From Candidatus Eiseniibacteriota bacterium (GTDB lineage: Bacteria > Eisenbacteria > RBG-16-71-46), in the NCBI GenBank assembly GCA_041483195.1, contig JBGPFC010000006.1:64001-128000 (forward strand): a stretch of DNA of 64,000 bases. The letters run 5' to 3'. Each line of letters opens with the position of its first letter. The first letter of the stretch is position 1. Both the position numbers and the translations under genes were made by a program. The notes beneath the pieces were generated by a model. That model was not told the origin of the DNA. It searched no databases and worked only from the letters and a program-made list of their open reading frames with translations. Positions 46,759 through 56,580 of the stretch are shown one piece after another.

Positions 46759-46809
46759 AAACACAAAACTCTTGACCGTATTGGCCCCGGGGAGAGCCAG
46801 GTCAAGAGT
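46759..46809 (-). terminator. Terminator-like hairpin with U-rich tail in the phoH leader
   Basis: ACUCUUGACC-UGGC-N10-GCCA-AUAC-GGUCAAGAGU followed by UUUGUGUUU. Confidence 0.55.
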
Positions 46810-46928
46810 GCCCACTACCGATTCGACGTCGTGCGTTGTGTCCAACCCGATAAGGTCCAGAGGCCTTCTCCCGTTTCGTGACGTCGGTTGCGGGCATCGC
46901 GCCCTCGCCAGTCCCAAACGGTGGCGGG

Positions 46929-46957
46929 ACGCTAGCACAGCCGCTCCGCGTGCGCAA
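46929..46957 (-). promoter_or_regulatory. Sigma70-type promoter upstream of phoH
   Basis: TTGCGC - 17 nt - TAGCGT, with extended TGn. Confidence 0.6.
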
Positions 46958-46993
46958 TCGATCGATGCCTGCCGAACGAGCGCCGTGGCGACG

Positions 46994-49294
46994 TTATCGG
47001 CCGGGTCGGAGCGGCGGTTGAGGGTGGGATGGCGCCGGCGATTCGAGCCTCGCGAGGCGCCGCCGCGCTTCGGCCGCGAGCTCGCCCCCGCCCGCCGCGA
47101 CCCGCTCCAGCTCCGCGCGCGCGCCGCCCGGCTCGCCGAGCGCTTCGAGAATTCCCGCGCGCTCGAGGCGCAGGATCGCGGGCGGCTCGCCATCTCCCGC
47201 CAGCGCGGCCAGCGTGCGGTCAATCGCGGCACGCGCGTCGCCCCACGCGCCGAGCCGGCCCGACGCCGATGTGAACACCAGGCACGCCTCGATGTCGGAG
47301 GGAATCACGGCGAGCGCCGCCGCCGCGAGCGAGCGCGCGGCGGGCCAGCGTCCGACCTCCGCAAGATTGACGGCCAGCGGGTCCAGCAGCGTCGCGATCC
47401 GGTCCGCGACCATCGGCGCGAGGCTCTTCACCCACGCCGATGGCTCGCCCGACGCGTCGCGCACCGCGCCGCCGCCGCGGCGCTCGCGCGGCAGCAGCAG
47501 CGAGTCGGCCTGCGCGCGATAAGAGGGCGGGATGCGCTCCGCCCACCACAGCGGGTCGAGCGCGCCGCGGGCGTCGATCGCCGCGCGCGCTCGGTCGCCG
47601 AGATGGTAGATCACGATCTCCGGGCCTTCGACGCCGCGCCCGGGAACGAAGCTCACGGTCCGCTCGGCGGTCGAGTCGAGGAGCGCGTAGAGACGATGCT
47701 CGACCTCGAACCGCGCGGGATCGGCCTCGAACCGTCCGCGCACCGCGCCGGTCGTGAGCACGTAGTCGACCCCCGCGAGCAGCCGCGGGTCGTAGAGCAT
47801 CTGGTTGAGGTCGACGACGTGCGGGAAGATCTCGAGCGTGACAGGCGCGCCGCCCGGAGGCGTCACGGTCGCGACGCAGCGGCCCACCACGGTGAGCGGC
47901 CAGTGGACGATGCGATACCAGGGCCGCGCGCGATAACGGCGCTGCGCATCGGGCCCGGCGGCCGCGTAGAGCGCGCCCGCCTCGGTCTCGATCCGCTCCT
48001 GCCGCGTGAGGAGCGCCGTGCCGTACGCCTCCTGCAGCATGACCTGATCGTGCGAAAGATGCGCAGCGCACCAGCGTCCCGCCTCGATCTGCGTCGACCG
48101 TGCGCCCCCCGCGCCCGCGACGACGCCGCGCGTCAGGGCGAAGATCGCGAGCGCGCCCGCCACGATCGCGAGCGCCGCGGGCCGCAGCGCGGGCGGGGCG
48201 CGGCGCGTGAGATCGAGTGCGGCCCACGCCCCGAGCAGCGCCGCGATCGGCACCACCGGGATCAGGTAGCGCTCGACCTCGATGTGCGCGGTCGCGATCG
48301 GCACGCCGAATACCAGCAGCGCGAGCCACAGGACCAGCGGCGCGATTCGCTCCGGCCCCCCGCGCCGCACGCGATCGACGACCAGCCCCAGTGAGGCGAG
48401 CGCGAGCGCGACGCAGGACCAGCCCAGATCGCGCCCGAGATTGCGCAGATGAAAGAGGAACCCGGGACGGTCGAGATCGCCGAGCTGCCCGCGCGTGGCG
48501 AGCCCCGATACGAACGCGAAATCGCGCGCGAACGCCCCGAAGTCGAGCGCCGCGAACGGCGTGGTGATGAGGAACACCGCGAACGCCGCGAGCGCGGCGA
48601 GCGCGAGCGGGCCGGCCGCGCGCGCGCCCCGCCGCGACACCATCGCCGCGCCGAGCGGGAGGAGCAGCGCGGCCGCCGGATACTTGGCGCCCGCGGCCAG
48701 CCCGATCAGGACGACCGCCGCGATCAGGCGTGCGCGGCCGCCGGCCTCGTGCCAGCGCAGCATCCGTTCCAGCGCCGCGAGCGCGAGCGCGGTCATCACG
48801 GTGTCCGAGAAGATCGAGCGCGCGGCGACGATCATGCCCGGCGCGCACACCACCATCAGCGCGGCGAGCAGGCCGGCGCCCCGCGTGATGCGCTCGCCGA
48901 TGCGCGCGACGCTCACGACCGTCACCGCGTCCGCCGCGATCGAGACCAGCCGGCCGAGCGTCACCATCGGGGTGGGATCGGTGCGCACGGCGAGCAGGTA
49001 GTCCGCGGGCCCCGGGAACGCGCCGAGCGCGTGGCCCACGGCGTAGTGCAGCTTCTGAAGCGCGAACTGGAGGTAGAGCGTGAGCGATGGGTAATGGAAG
49101 AGGTGCGGGTTCCAGTCCGTCGGCCGGCCGCCGAAGCCCCACATCGTCAGCGCCTGCCGGAACGGGATCGCTTCCTCGAGGAACTCGGGCAGGCCGTGGC
49201 GGAGATGCCACACCCTGAGGATCACGGCGAGCGCGACGAGCGCCGTGATCCACGGGCCGTCTCCCGGCCGCGACCGGCTCCCGCGCGCCTCCAT
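46994..49294 (-). CDS. Membrane glycosyltransferase (GT39/PMT-like) with C-terminal TPR-like helices
   Basis: LRVWHL..GLP...EE, NPHLFHYPSL, GLAAGAKYP, ERYLIP; many TMs. Confidence 0.8.
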   Translation of the reverse strand: MEARGSRSRPGDGPWITALVALAVILRVWHLRHGLPEFLEEAIPFRQALTMWGFGGRPTDWNPHLFHYPSLTLYLQFALQKLHYAVGHALGAFPGPADYLLAVRTDPTPMVTLGRLVSIAADAVTVVSVARIGERITRGAGLLAALMVVCAPGMIVAARSIFSDTVMTALALAALERMLRWHEAGGRARLIAAVVLIGLAAGAKYPAAALLLPLGAAMVSRRGARAAGPLALAALAAFAVFLITTPFAALDFGAFARDFAFVSGLATRGQLGDLDRPGFLFHLRNLGRDLGWSCVALALASLGLVVDRVRRGGPERIAPLVLWLALLVFGVPIATAHIEVERYLIPVVPIAALLGAWAALDLTRRAPPALRPAALAIVAGALAIFALTRGVVAGAGGARSTQIEAGRWCAAHLSHDQVMLQEAYGTALLTRQERIETEAGALYAAAGPDAQRRYRARPWYRIVHWPLTVVGRCVATVTPPGGAPVTLEIFPHVVDLNQMLYDPRLLAGVDYVLTTGAVRGRFEADPARFEVEHRLYALLDSTAERTVSFVPGRGVEGPEIVIYHLGDRARAAIDARGALDPLWWAERIPPSYRAQADSLLLPRERRGGGAVRDASGEPSAWVKSLAPMVADRIATLLDPLAVNLAEVGRWPAARSLAAAALAVIPSDIEACLVFTSASGRLGAWGDARAAIDRTLAALAGDGEPPAILRLERAGILEALGEPGGARAELERVAAGGGELAAEARRRLARLESPAPSHPQPPLRPGR

Positions 49295-49296
49295 GC

Positions 49297-49791
49297 TCAG
49301 CCGCTCTCCTCCAACTCCACCAGCGCGACGCCGCCTTCCACCATCTCGCCGGCGCGCGCCGCGACCGCCCGCACGCGGCCGTCGCGCGGCGCGCGCAGCA
49401 CGTGCTCCATCTTCATCGCCTCGAGGGCGAGCAGCGGCTGGCCGCGCTTCACGGCATCGCCGGGCGCGACCATCACGCGCGTGACCACGCCCGGCATCGG
49501 CGACTCGAGCCCGCCGTGGTGCGGGCGCGCGCCGCGGCGCCCCTCGGGCTCGCGCTCGAGCACGAAGTCCATCGCGCCCAGCCGCACGAAGCGCAGCTTG
49601 CCGGCGACCGTCACCTCGGCGAGCGTGACGCCGTGCGCGCCCGTCAGCCGCAGCGTGCCGCCCTCGAGCGCCTCGACCCCGAGCTCGAGCGAAGCTTCAT
49701 CGACACGCACGCGCACCCGCCCCTCGCCCTCGCGCGCGATCTCGACCACGCGCACGCGGTCGCCGTCACGGTACGCGAAGCGTGCGCTCAA
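49297..49791 (-). CDS. Biotin carboxyl carrier subunit
   Basis: SPMPG.V, EAMKMEH biotinylation motif. TTG start overlaps the upstream stop. Confidence 0.88.
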   Translation of the reverse strand: MSARFAYRDGDRVRVVEIAREGEGRVRVRVDEASLELGVEALEGGTLRLTGAHGVTLAEVTVAGKLRFVRLGAMDFVLEREPEGRRGARPHHGGLESPMPGVVTRVMVAPGDAVKRGQPLLALEAMKMEHVLRAPRDGRVRAVAARAGEMVEGGVALVELEESG

Positions 49792-51317
49792 TCGAGCCCC
49801 GGCAGGCGCCAGCGTAGACCTGAGCGAAACGCGGAGGACGCCTCGCGCGCCTCCCCCCGCGCGCCGCCGCCCGGCGCCTCGCCCGGGACCGACGCCGCCG
49901 CGATGAACCCTCCAGCTTCGGCGATCGCGGCGGCCGCGAGCGCGAGATCGGGCGCCGGCGCGGAGGCGAGCGCGGCGAAGCCGGCGAGGAACTCGCGCTC
50001 GATCCACTCGGTGTCGGCCGTGGCGCTTTCCACTTCGCGCGCGCGCGTCAGCGCACGGAGGAACGGCAGATTGGTCACGACGCCGTGCACCATCGAGCCG
50101 TCGAGCGCGAGCCGCAGGCGCGAGAGCGCGGTCGCTCGATCCGGGCCGACCGCGGCGATCTTTCCGAGGATGGGGTCGTAGTGCACGGGCACCGAGTCGC
50201 CGCTCTCGATCCCGGCATCCACGCGCACGAACGGCGCGCGCGGCCAGCGCACCTGCTTCGCGACTCCCGCCTGCGGCAGGAAGTTGCGAGCGGCGTCCTC
50301 CGCGTACACGCGCGCCTCGATCGCGTGCCCGCGAAGCGCGACGTCCGCCTGTGCGAACGGCAGCCGGCCGGTCGCCGCGATCTCGAGCTGCGCGCGCACC
50401 AGGTCCACCCCCGTGACCAGCTCGGTGACCGGATGCTCGACCTGAAGCCGCGTGTTCATCTCGAGGAAGTAGAACGCGCCGTCCTGCGCGAGCAGGAACT
50501 CGATCGTGCCCGCGCCGCGATAGCGCGCGGTCCGGGCGAGCTCCACCGCCGCGCGGGTGAGGCGCTCGCGCAGCGCGTCGTTCACTGCGGGTGACGGGCA
50601 CTCTTCCATCACCTTCTGGTGGCGCCGCTGCAGCGAGCAATCGCGCTCGAACAGATGAATCGCGTGGCCCTGCCCGTCGCCCAGCACCTGCACCTCGACG
50701 TGACGCACGCGCTCGAGCCGCTTCTCGACGTACACCGCGCCGTCGCCGAACGCCGAGAGCGCGAGCCGGCGCGCGCTCTCGATCGCCTCGCCCAGCGCCG
50801 GCTCGTCGCCCACCACCTGCATGCCCTTGCCGCCGCCGCCGAGCGCGGCCTTCACGATCACGGGGTAGCCCATCGCGCGCGCCGCGCGCGTGAGCGCCGC
50901 GGCGTCGTCGCCCTCGGCGCCGGGCACCACCTTGACCCCCGCCTTTGCCGCGAGCGCGCGCGCCGCGCGCTTGTCTCCCATCGCGCGCACCTGATCGGGC
51001 GTCGGCCCGATGAACACGAGCCCCGCCGCCTCGACCGCGGCCGCGAACGACGCGTTCTCGGCCAGGAACCCGTAACCGGGATGAATGGCCTCGGCGCCGG
51101 CGCTCTTCGCGGCGGCGATGATGGCGTCGGCGTTCAGGTAGGAGGCTCGCGGCTCGGCCGCGCCGATCAAGCGGACCTCCGGGATCGCCCGCGTGTGCAG
51201 CGCGCCGCGGTCGGCCTCGGAACACACCGCGACCGGCGCGATGCTCATCGCGCGCAGCGTGGCGGCGATGCGGCAGGCGATCTCACCGCGGTTCGCGATC
51301 AGGACTCTTCGGAACAT
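49788..51317 (-). CDS. Biotin carboxylase subunit (methylcrotonyl-CoA carboxylase alpha-like)
   Basis: VLIANRGEIA, HPGYGFLAEN, GGGGKGM, RDCSLQRRHQK, EMNTRLQVEHPVTE. Confidence 0.93.
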   Translation of the reverse strand: MFRRVLIANRGEIACRIAATLRAMSIAPVAVCSEADRGALHTRAIPEVRLIGAAEPRASYLNADAIIAAAKSAGAEAIHPGYGFLAENASFAAAVEAAGLVFIGPTPDQVRAMGDKRAARALAAKAGVKVVPGAEGDDAAALTRAARAMGYPVIVKAALGGGGKGMQVVGDEPALGEAIESARRLALSAFGDGAVYVEKRLERVRHVEVQVLGDGQGHAIHLFERDCSLQRRHQKVMEECPSPAVNDALRERLTRAAVELARTARYRGAGTIEFLLAQDGAFYFLEMNTRLQVEHPVTELVTGVDLVRAQLEIAATGRLPFAQADVALRGHAIEARVYAEDAARNFLPQAGVAKQVRWPRAPFVRVDAGIESGDSVPVHYDPILGKIAAVGPDRATALSRLRLALDGSMVHGVVTNLPFLRALTRAREVESATADTEWIEREFLAGFAALASAPAPDLALAAAAIAEAGGFIAAASVPGEAPGGGARGEAREASSAFRSGLRWRLPGLD

Positions 51318-51408
51318 GGAGCGGGCGCGGGCTCCTCGTGAGCTGCGTGGGGCGCGATCCGGTCGGGTACGTTAGACGATCGGTTCGCCGCGCACCACTT
51401 CGGCGCCG

Positions 51409-52284
51409 CTAGAAATCGCCGAGCGGCGCGGAGCCCGCCCACATCAGGTGCGCGAGGCTGCCCACCTTGAGACCGTCGGTGCGGTCCGCGAAGTAGCGAG
51501 CGTTCAGGGCCTCGGATGAGACGTCGTCGGCCGCGGCCAAGCCGAGACCGCGGAGATCGGCGGTCAGCTTGTCGGGCTCGAAGAAGGTTCGCCACGGCTC
51601 CCCCACGGCACACACGCGGGCCGCAACCGCTTCGAACACCAGACGCTGAACGACATTGAAGCGAGATGGAGACAGACCGTAGTCGAAGACCACGCCGCCG
51701 CCGTTCGCCGTGACCTCGGCGATGTACTTCAGTGTGGCCATTACAGCATCGCGGGTCAGGTAGGGCGTGACGCCGAGCCACGAGAAGAACGCGGGCTGTC
51801 GCCCGTCGAAGCCCGCGCTCGACAGCGCCTCGTCGAGCGATTCTCGTTCGAAATCCACCGGGGCGAACCGAAGCTCCGCCGGGATCGCGATGCCCGCCTC
51901 CTCGAGCCGCTGACGCTTCCACGCCTGGGCCGAGGGGTGATCGACCTCCCACACGAGGAGCGGGTGCGAAGAATCGGGATCGCGGTATGCGGAGGTGTCG
52001 AGCCCCGCGCCGAGCACGATGTATTGACGGCCGCCGCCCCAGCGGAAGCGCGCGAGTTGATCTTCCGCGAAGCGGCTGCGGGCTGCGAGGAACGCGCGGA
52101 GATACCGCGAGAACGGACCCCTTTCATGGCGCTTCGGATCGGCTCGCAGCGCGTCCGCGCTCTTCGAGCCGATGATTCGAATCGCCAGAGGGTCGACGAG
52201 GACCGGCGGGTCGTCGAGGAGCTGATGCGCGGCGCGGCGCACGGCGACGCGGTGTGCGGTGGCGCTGGGCCGCGCCGGGATCAT
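51409..52284 (-). CDS. SAM-dependent methyltransferase (leucine carboxyl methyltransferase-like family)
   Basis: TA..VA..RA.H, RSRFAED, QYIVLGAGLDT..YR, WEVDHP, WLGVTPYL. Confidence 0.88.
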   Translation of the reverse strand: MIPARPSATAHRVAVRRAAHQLLDDPPVLVDPLAIRIIGSKSADALRADPKRHERGPFSRYLRAFLAARSRFAEDQLARFRWGGGRQYIVLGAGLDTSAYRDPDSSHPLLVWEVDHPSAQAWKRQRLEEAGIAIPAELRFAPVDFERESLDEALSSAGFDGRQPAFFSWLGVTPYLTRDAVMATLKYIAEVTANGGGVVFDYGLSPSRFNVVQRLVFEAVAARVCAVGEPWRTFFEPDKLTADLRGLGLAAADDVSSEALNARYFADRTDGLKVGSLAHLMWAGSAPLGDF

Positions 52285-52333
52285 GTGCGCCCGGGAGTCA
52301 TGGCGCCTCGACGGTGGCCGCCGCGACGCAGGA

Positions 52334-52870
52334 TCATCCGCCTCCGACTCGCATGGCCGGCGCCAGCCCCAAGCTCTGGAGAATGATCGTGATGACGAAG
52401 GCTCCGACCAGGCCCGCGAGCACGAGCAGCAGGAGACGTCGATAGGGCACCGCCGCGAGCGCGCTCCCGACCACCATTCCGGCTATGCCGAACTCGATGG
52501 TCTGACCCACGAACCAACCGATCATCAGCGCGAGGGGAGCGGTCGAGATGCTCAACAATCCCAGGGTGAGCGCTCCCCACGCCAAGGCGCCGAGCTGAAG
52601 TCCGAACGCGCCGCCCGCGCGCCAGCCCTCGACGCCCAGCCGCGCCATCAGCCAGACCAGGAAGAACGCCAGCACGAGAAACGACAGATAGCCGACGGGT
52701 ATGAGCGCGAAGGCACGCTGGGGCGTCAACAGGAATGGGGACGGCTCCAGATAAAGACGAGCGAGCACCCCCGCGTGCAGGAGGAAGTCCACCCCGATCA
52801 TCGCGAGCCAGGCCAGCAGGGTGAGCTTGATGAATGTGCCCGACGCGAGGATTCGTCCGCTGCCTTGCAT
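52334..52870 (-). CDS. Hypothetical membrane protein (~5 TM)
   Basis: Hydrophobic ORF with GGAG RBS filling the gap between flanking genes. Confidence 0.65.
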   Translation of the reverse strand: MQGSGRILASGTFIKLTLLAWLAMIGVDFLLHAGVLARLYLEPSPFLLTPQRAFALIPVGYLSFLVLAFFLVWLMARLGVEGWRAGGAFGLQLGALAWGALTLGLLSISTAPLALMIGWFVGQTIEFGIAGMVVGSALAAVPYRRLLLLVLAGLVGAFVITIILQSLGLAPAMRVGGG

Positions 52871-52894
52871 GCGTCTCCCCGTGCCGGCTTCCGC

Positions 52895-53680
52895 TCACCC
52901 GCCCGTCATCCACTTCGGCTTGCGCTTCTCGAAGAACGCGGCGAGCCCGTCGCGCGCCTCCTCGCCCGATCGCACCTCGGCCAGCGTGCGCGGCAGCGAG
53001 CCGCGGTATTCCTCCCACGGCGTGTCGGCCCACAGCTCGAGCAGCGACTTGATGCGCGCCTGCGCGTGCGGCGCGCCGGCCAGCAGCGCGTTCACGCGCT
53101 CCTCGATCTTCGCGTCGAGCTCCGCGGCCGGCACGACGTGATGCACCAGCCCCACGCGCAGCGCGTGCGACGCGTCGAAGCGCTCGCCGGTGAGCATCAG
53201 CTCGCGCGCTCGCGCGTCGCCGAGCCGGCGCAGCACGTAGGGGCTGATCAGCGCGGGCAGGATCCCGAGCCGCACCTCGCTCAGCGCGAAGCGCGCGTCG
53301 TCGGACGCCACCGCGATGTCGCACGCGCACGCGAGGCCGAACCCGCCGCCCAGCACGTTGCCGTGGAGGCGCCCCACCACCGGCTTCGGGAAGTCGGCGA
53401 TCGCCGCGAACATCCCGCCCAGCTGCCGCGCCTCCTCGTGGTTCTGCTCGAACGTCGCGTTCGCCGCCGCCTTCATCGCGTGGATGTCGGCGCCCGCGCA
53501 AAACGACGGCCCGCGCGCGCCCAGCACCACCACCCGCACGCTCGCATCGTGCGACAGCTCGTGAAACGCGCCGGCCAGCGCGGCGCACAATTCGGGCGTG
53601 AGCGCGTTGTGCTGCTCGGGACGATTGAGCCACACGCGCGCGATCGGGCGATCGCGCGTCACCTCGAGTGATGCGCTCAT
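52895..53680 (-). CDS. Enoyl-CoA hydratase/isomerase (methylglutaconyl-CoA hydratase-like)
   Basis: LNRPE.HNAL, SFCAGAD, GGGFGL..ACDI, LSEVRLGI.PA.ISPY; context of MCC genes. Confidence 0.9.
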   Translation of the reverse strand: MSASLEVTRDRPIARVWLNRPEQHNALTPELCAALAGAFHELSHDASVRVVVLGARGPSFCAGADIHAMKAAANATFEQNHEEARQLGGMFAAIADFPKPVVGRLHGNVLGGGFGLACACDIAVASDDARFALSEVRLGILPALISPYVLRRLGDARARELMLTGERFDASHALRVGLVHHVVPAAELDAKIEERVNALLAGAPHAQARIKSLLELWADTPWEEYRGSLPRTLAEVRSGEEARDGLAAFFEKRKPKWMTGG

Positions 53681-53728
53681 CGCACCTCCTGCCAGCTCTC
53701 GATCGGGTCGCGCGCCACGCTCGCCCCG

Positions 53729-55336
53729 CTACATCCGGAACACGCCGAAGCGCGGATCGGGGATGGGCGCCTCGAGCGCGGCGGCGAGCGCCAGCGCGAG
53801 CGCGGTGCGCGTCTGCCCGGGGTCGAGGATGCCGTCGTCCCAGATGCGAGCGGTCGAGAAGTAGGGGCTCCCCTCGCGGTCGTAGGCATCGAGCACCGGC
53901 TGCTTGAACGCGGTCTCTTCCGCCGGCGTCATCTTCTTCCCAGCGGCCTCGAGCTGCGACTGCTTCACCTGCGCGAGCACCGATGCCGCCTGCTCGCCGC
54001 CCATCACGCTGATGCGGCTGTTCGGCCACATGAAGAGGAAGCGGGGGGCGTAGGCGCGCCCGCACATGCCGTAGTTGCCGGCGCCGAAGCTGCCGCCGAT
54101 CACGAGCGTGAGCTTCGGCACCTGCGCGTTCGCGACCGCGTGCACCATCTTCGCGCCGTCCTTCGCGATTCCGCCGTGCTCGTACTGCTTGCCCACGATG
54201 TAGCCGCTCACGTTCTGGAGGAACAGCAGCGGGACGCGGCGCTGCGCGGCCAGCTCGATGAAGTGGGTGGCCTTGAGCGCGCTCTCGCTGAACAGCACGC
54301 CCTGGTTCGCGAGGATTCCGACCGGCATGCCCTCGAGGTGCGCGAACCCCGTGACGATGGTCGTGCCGTAGCGCGACTTGAACTCGTGGAAGCGCGAGCC
54401 GTCGACCAGGCGCGCGATCAGCTCGCGCACATCGTATGGCGTTCGCAGGTCGCGGGGCAGCAACCCGTAGATTTCCTCCGCGTCGTAGCGCGGCGGCTCG
54501 GGGCTCGCGAAATCGATCGCGGCGCGCGCGGGCGGGCCGAGATGCGTGACGATGTCGCGCGCGATCTCGAGCGCGTGCGCGTCGTCGTCCGCCAGGTGGT
54601 CGGCGACGCCCGAGATCCGCGTGTGCACGTCGGCGCCGCCCAGCTCCTCGGCGCTCACGACCTCGCCGGTCGCCGCCTTCACCAGCGGCGGGCCGCCGAG
54701 GAAGATGGTGCCCTGGTTCTTCACGATGATCGCCTCGTCGCTCATCGCCGGCACGTACGCGCCGCCCGCCGTGCACGAGCCCATCACCACCGCGACCTGT
54801 GGGATGCCGAGCGCGGACATGCGTGCCTGGTTGTAGAAGATGCGTCCGAAGTGATCGCGATCGGGGAACACCTCGGCCTGGAGCGGAAGGAACGCGCCGC
54901 CCGAGTCCACCAGGTACACGCAGGGCAGCCGGTTCTCGAGCGCGATCTCCTGCGCGCGCACGTGCTTCTTCACCGTCATCGGGAGGTAGGTGCCGCCCTT
55001 CACCGTCGCGTCGTTCGCGACCACCATCACGGTGCGCCCGCGCACCAGGCCGATGCCGGTGACGATCCCGCCGCACGGCGCCTCGCCGTCGTAGAGGCCG
55101 TGCGCCGCGAGCGGCGAGAGCTCGAGGAAGGCGGTCGATGGGTCGAGCAGGCGCTCGACGCGTTCGCGCACGAACAGCTTGCCGCGCGCGGTGTGACGGG
55201 CGACGAGCTCCGGGCCTCCCCCCGTCTTGACCGCGGAGAGGCGCTGCTTGAGCTCGGCCGCGAGCGCGCGGTGGTGCGCGGCGTTCGCCTTGAACTCGTC
55301 GCTCGACGTGTCGAGATGCGACTCGATGAGCTCCAT
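53729..55336 (-). CDS. Methylcrotonyl-CoA carboxylase beta (carboxyltransferase) subunit
   Basis: [55 protein letters not shown]-terminus. Confidence 0.93.
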   Translation of the reverse strand: MELIESHLDTSSDEFKANAAHHRALAAELKQRLSAVKTGGGPELVARHTARGKLFVRERVERLLDPSTAFLELSPLAAHGLYDGEAPCGGIVTGIGLVRGRTVMVVANDATVKGGTYLPMTVKKHVRAQEIALENRLPCVYLVDSGGAFLPLQAEVFPDRDHFGRIFYNQARMSALGIPQVAVVMGSCTAGGAYVPAMSDEAIIVKNQGTIFLGGPPLVKAATGEVVSAEELGGADVHTRISGVADHLADDDAHALEIARDIVTHLGPPARAAIDFASPEPPRYDAEEIYGLLPRDLRTPYDVRELIARLVDGSRFHEFKSRYGTTIVTGFAHLEGMPVGILANQGVLFSESALKATHFIELAAQRRVPLLFLQNVSGYIVGKQYEHGGIAKDGAKMVHAVANAQVPKLTLVIGGSFGAGNYGMCGRAYAPRFLFMWPNSRISVMGGEQAASVLAQVKQSQLEAAGKKMTPAEETAFKQPVLDAYDREGSPYFSTARIWDDGILDPGQTRTALALALAAALEAPIPDPRFGVFRM

Positions 55337-55456
55337 GCGGTCCCCTCAAGCCTCTCTGGTTGAACGAGAACGAGCCGGGGACTTATAGCAGACGGGCGGG
55401 GGATCGCCAACGAACGCGCGGCGCGCCGCTCACGCCGTCAGCGACCCGTCGAACGT

Positions 55457-55990
55457 TCAGCCGCGGGACGCGGACTCGGCCTTCATGCGCGCCGCCATCT
55501 CGGCCATCTCCTCGCGATTGGGACCGAACAGGCCGGGGGTCCGCCCGCCCGCGAGCCGGCACATCAGCCCGAGCTGGCCGCGATGGTGAAGCTGGTGATG
55601 GAACAGCGCGTTCCAGAGGATGTCGCCGATCTTCATCGGCTTGCCGCTGAAGAAGGGCAGGCTGCGCTCGAGATCGTCGGGCTGGAGCTTACGCACGCGC
55701 GCCACGGCTTCCGCATGGACCTTCTCGTAACCGGGCGCGAGCGCCTCGATCGCGCGCGGACGCTCGAGCCCCGGAGGCTTCATGCCGGGCGCGAAGGTTC
55801 CGGTCTCGATGCCGTGCGTCATGTAGCCTTCGATCTCGGCGAGATGCCAGCTCAGCTCGCCGAGCGAGCGGCCACCCGCATCGGGCCGGAAGTCGTACTG
55901 CCCGGGCGGCAGGGCGCGCAGCAGCTTCAGCGTGTTCTGTGCCTCCTGATCCCACACGGAGACGAAGACGTCGATCGGGTTGCGTGGCAT
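55457..55990 (-). CDS. DinB family protein
   Basis: RSLGEL.WH, HHQLHHRGQL metal-binding motif, PGLFGP. Confidence 0.85.
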   Translation of the reverse strand: MPRNPIDVFVSVWDQEAQNTLKLLRALPPGQYDFRPDAGGRSLGELSWHLAEIEGYMTHGIETGTFAPGMKPPGLERPRAIEALAPGYEKVHAEAVARVRKLQPDDLERSLPFFSGKPMKIGDILWNALFHHQLHHRGQLGLMCRLAGGRTPGLFGPNREEMAEMAARMKAESASRG

Positions 55991-56060
55991 GGCGAACCTC
56001 CGGTTCGATATGGGTGACGCGGCAGCGGCGGGAGCCTACCTCAAGGGCCGGCGCCGCGAG

Positions 56061-56492
56061 CTAACGGGTCGGCTGCGCGACCCCGCGCGGCAACGTGGTC
56101 CAGCCGAATGCGGCAGCGCCCTCGATCGCCATGATCGCCCCGATCACCACGCCGTAGGCTTCCCACTCGCCGGTCGTCCGCCAATGGGCCTCGGTCTGGA
56201 TCGCCCACGCGACGCCCGCGATCGTGAGCACGATCGCGGCCGCCCGCAGCATGGCCCGCCGCGGCCCGCGCCGCGGATCGTCCGGCCCGCGCGCCAGCTC
56301 GAGGATCAGCGCGCTGCCGTACGCGATGAGCGCGATGCCGCTCGCGCCCCAGAACATCGCCCCGGGAAACTGATGGCGGGTCCAGAACAGCCAGCACGCG
56401 AACAGGAGGTTCACGCCGGCCAGCATCAGCAGCATCGAGAACACGGCCGCCACGAAGCCGACGGCGCGCCTGAAGCGTTCGACTCCCATCAT
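56061..56492 (-). CDS. Hypothetical membrane protein (4 TM)
   Basis: Four hydrophobic segments; GAGGGAG RBS. Confidence 0.6.
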   Translation of the reverse strand: MMGVERFRRAVGFVAAVFSMLLMLAGVNLLFACWLFWTRHQFPGAMFWGASGIALIAYGSALILELARGPDDPRRGPRRAMLRAAAIVLTIAGVAWAIQTEAHWRTTGEWEAYGVVIGAIMAIEGAAAFGWTTLPRGVAQPTR

Positions 56493-56580
56493 CGGGGCTC
56501 CCTCATGTTGGATCGCACGCCGAAAGTCTCGCGCACCCGCGTGAGCGTGTCCAGTCCGCGCGCGCGCAACCCCGGCGCGC

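Noticed and set aside
46809..46915. Resemblance of the phoH leader to ZTP riboswitch (GACUGGCGA...UGGGCA), T-box or 6S RNA
   Set aside because: Lacks the GGGGAG and CGCC pseudoknot partner of ZTP, lacks the UGGNACC T-box, and the stem is too short for 6S.
55346..55363. UCAA-CCAGAGAGG-CUUGA hairpin next to the carboxyltransferase RBS resembling a PyrR loop
   Set aside because: No CUUUAA element, imperfect upper stem, and the downstream gene is not pyrimidine-related. Likely coincidental, though a PyrR model scan would settle it.
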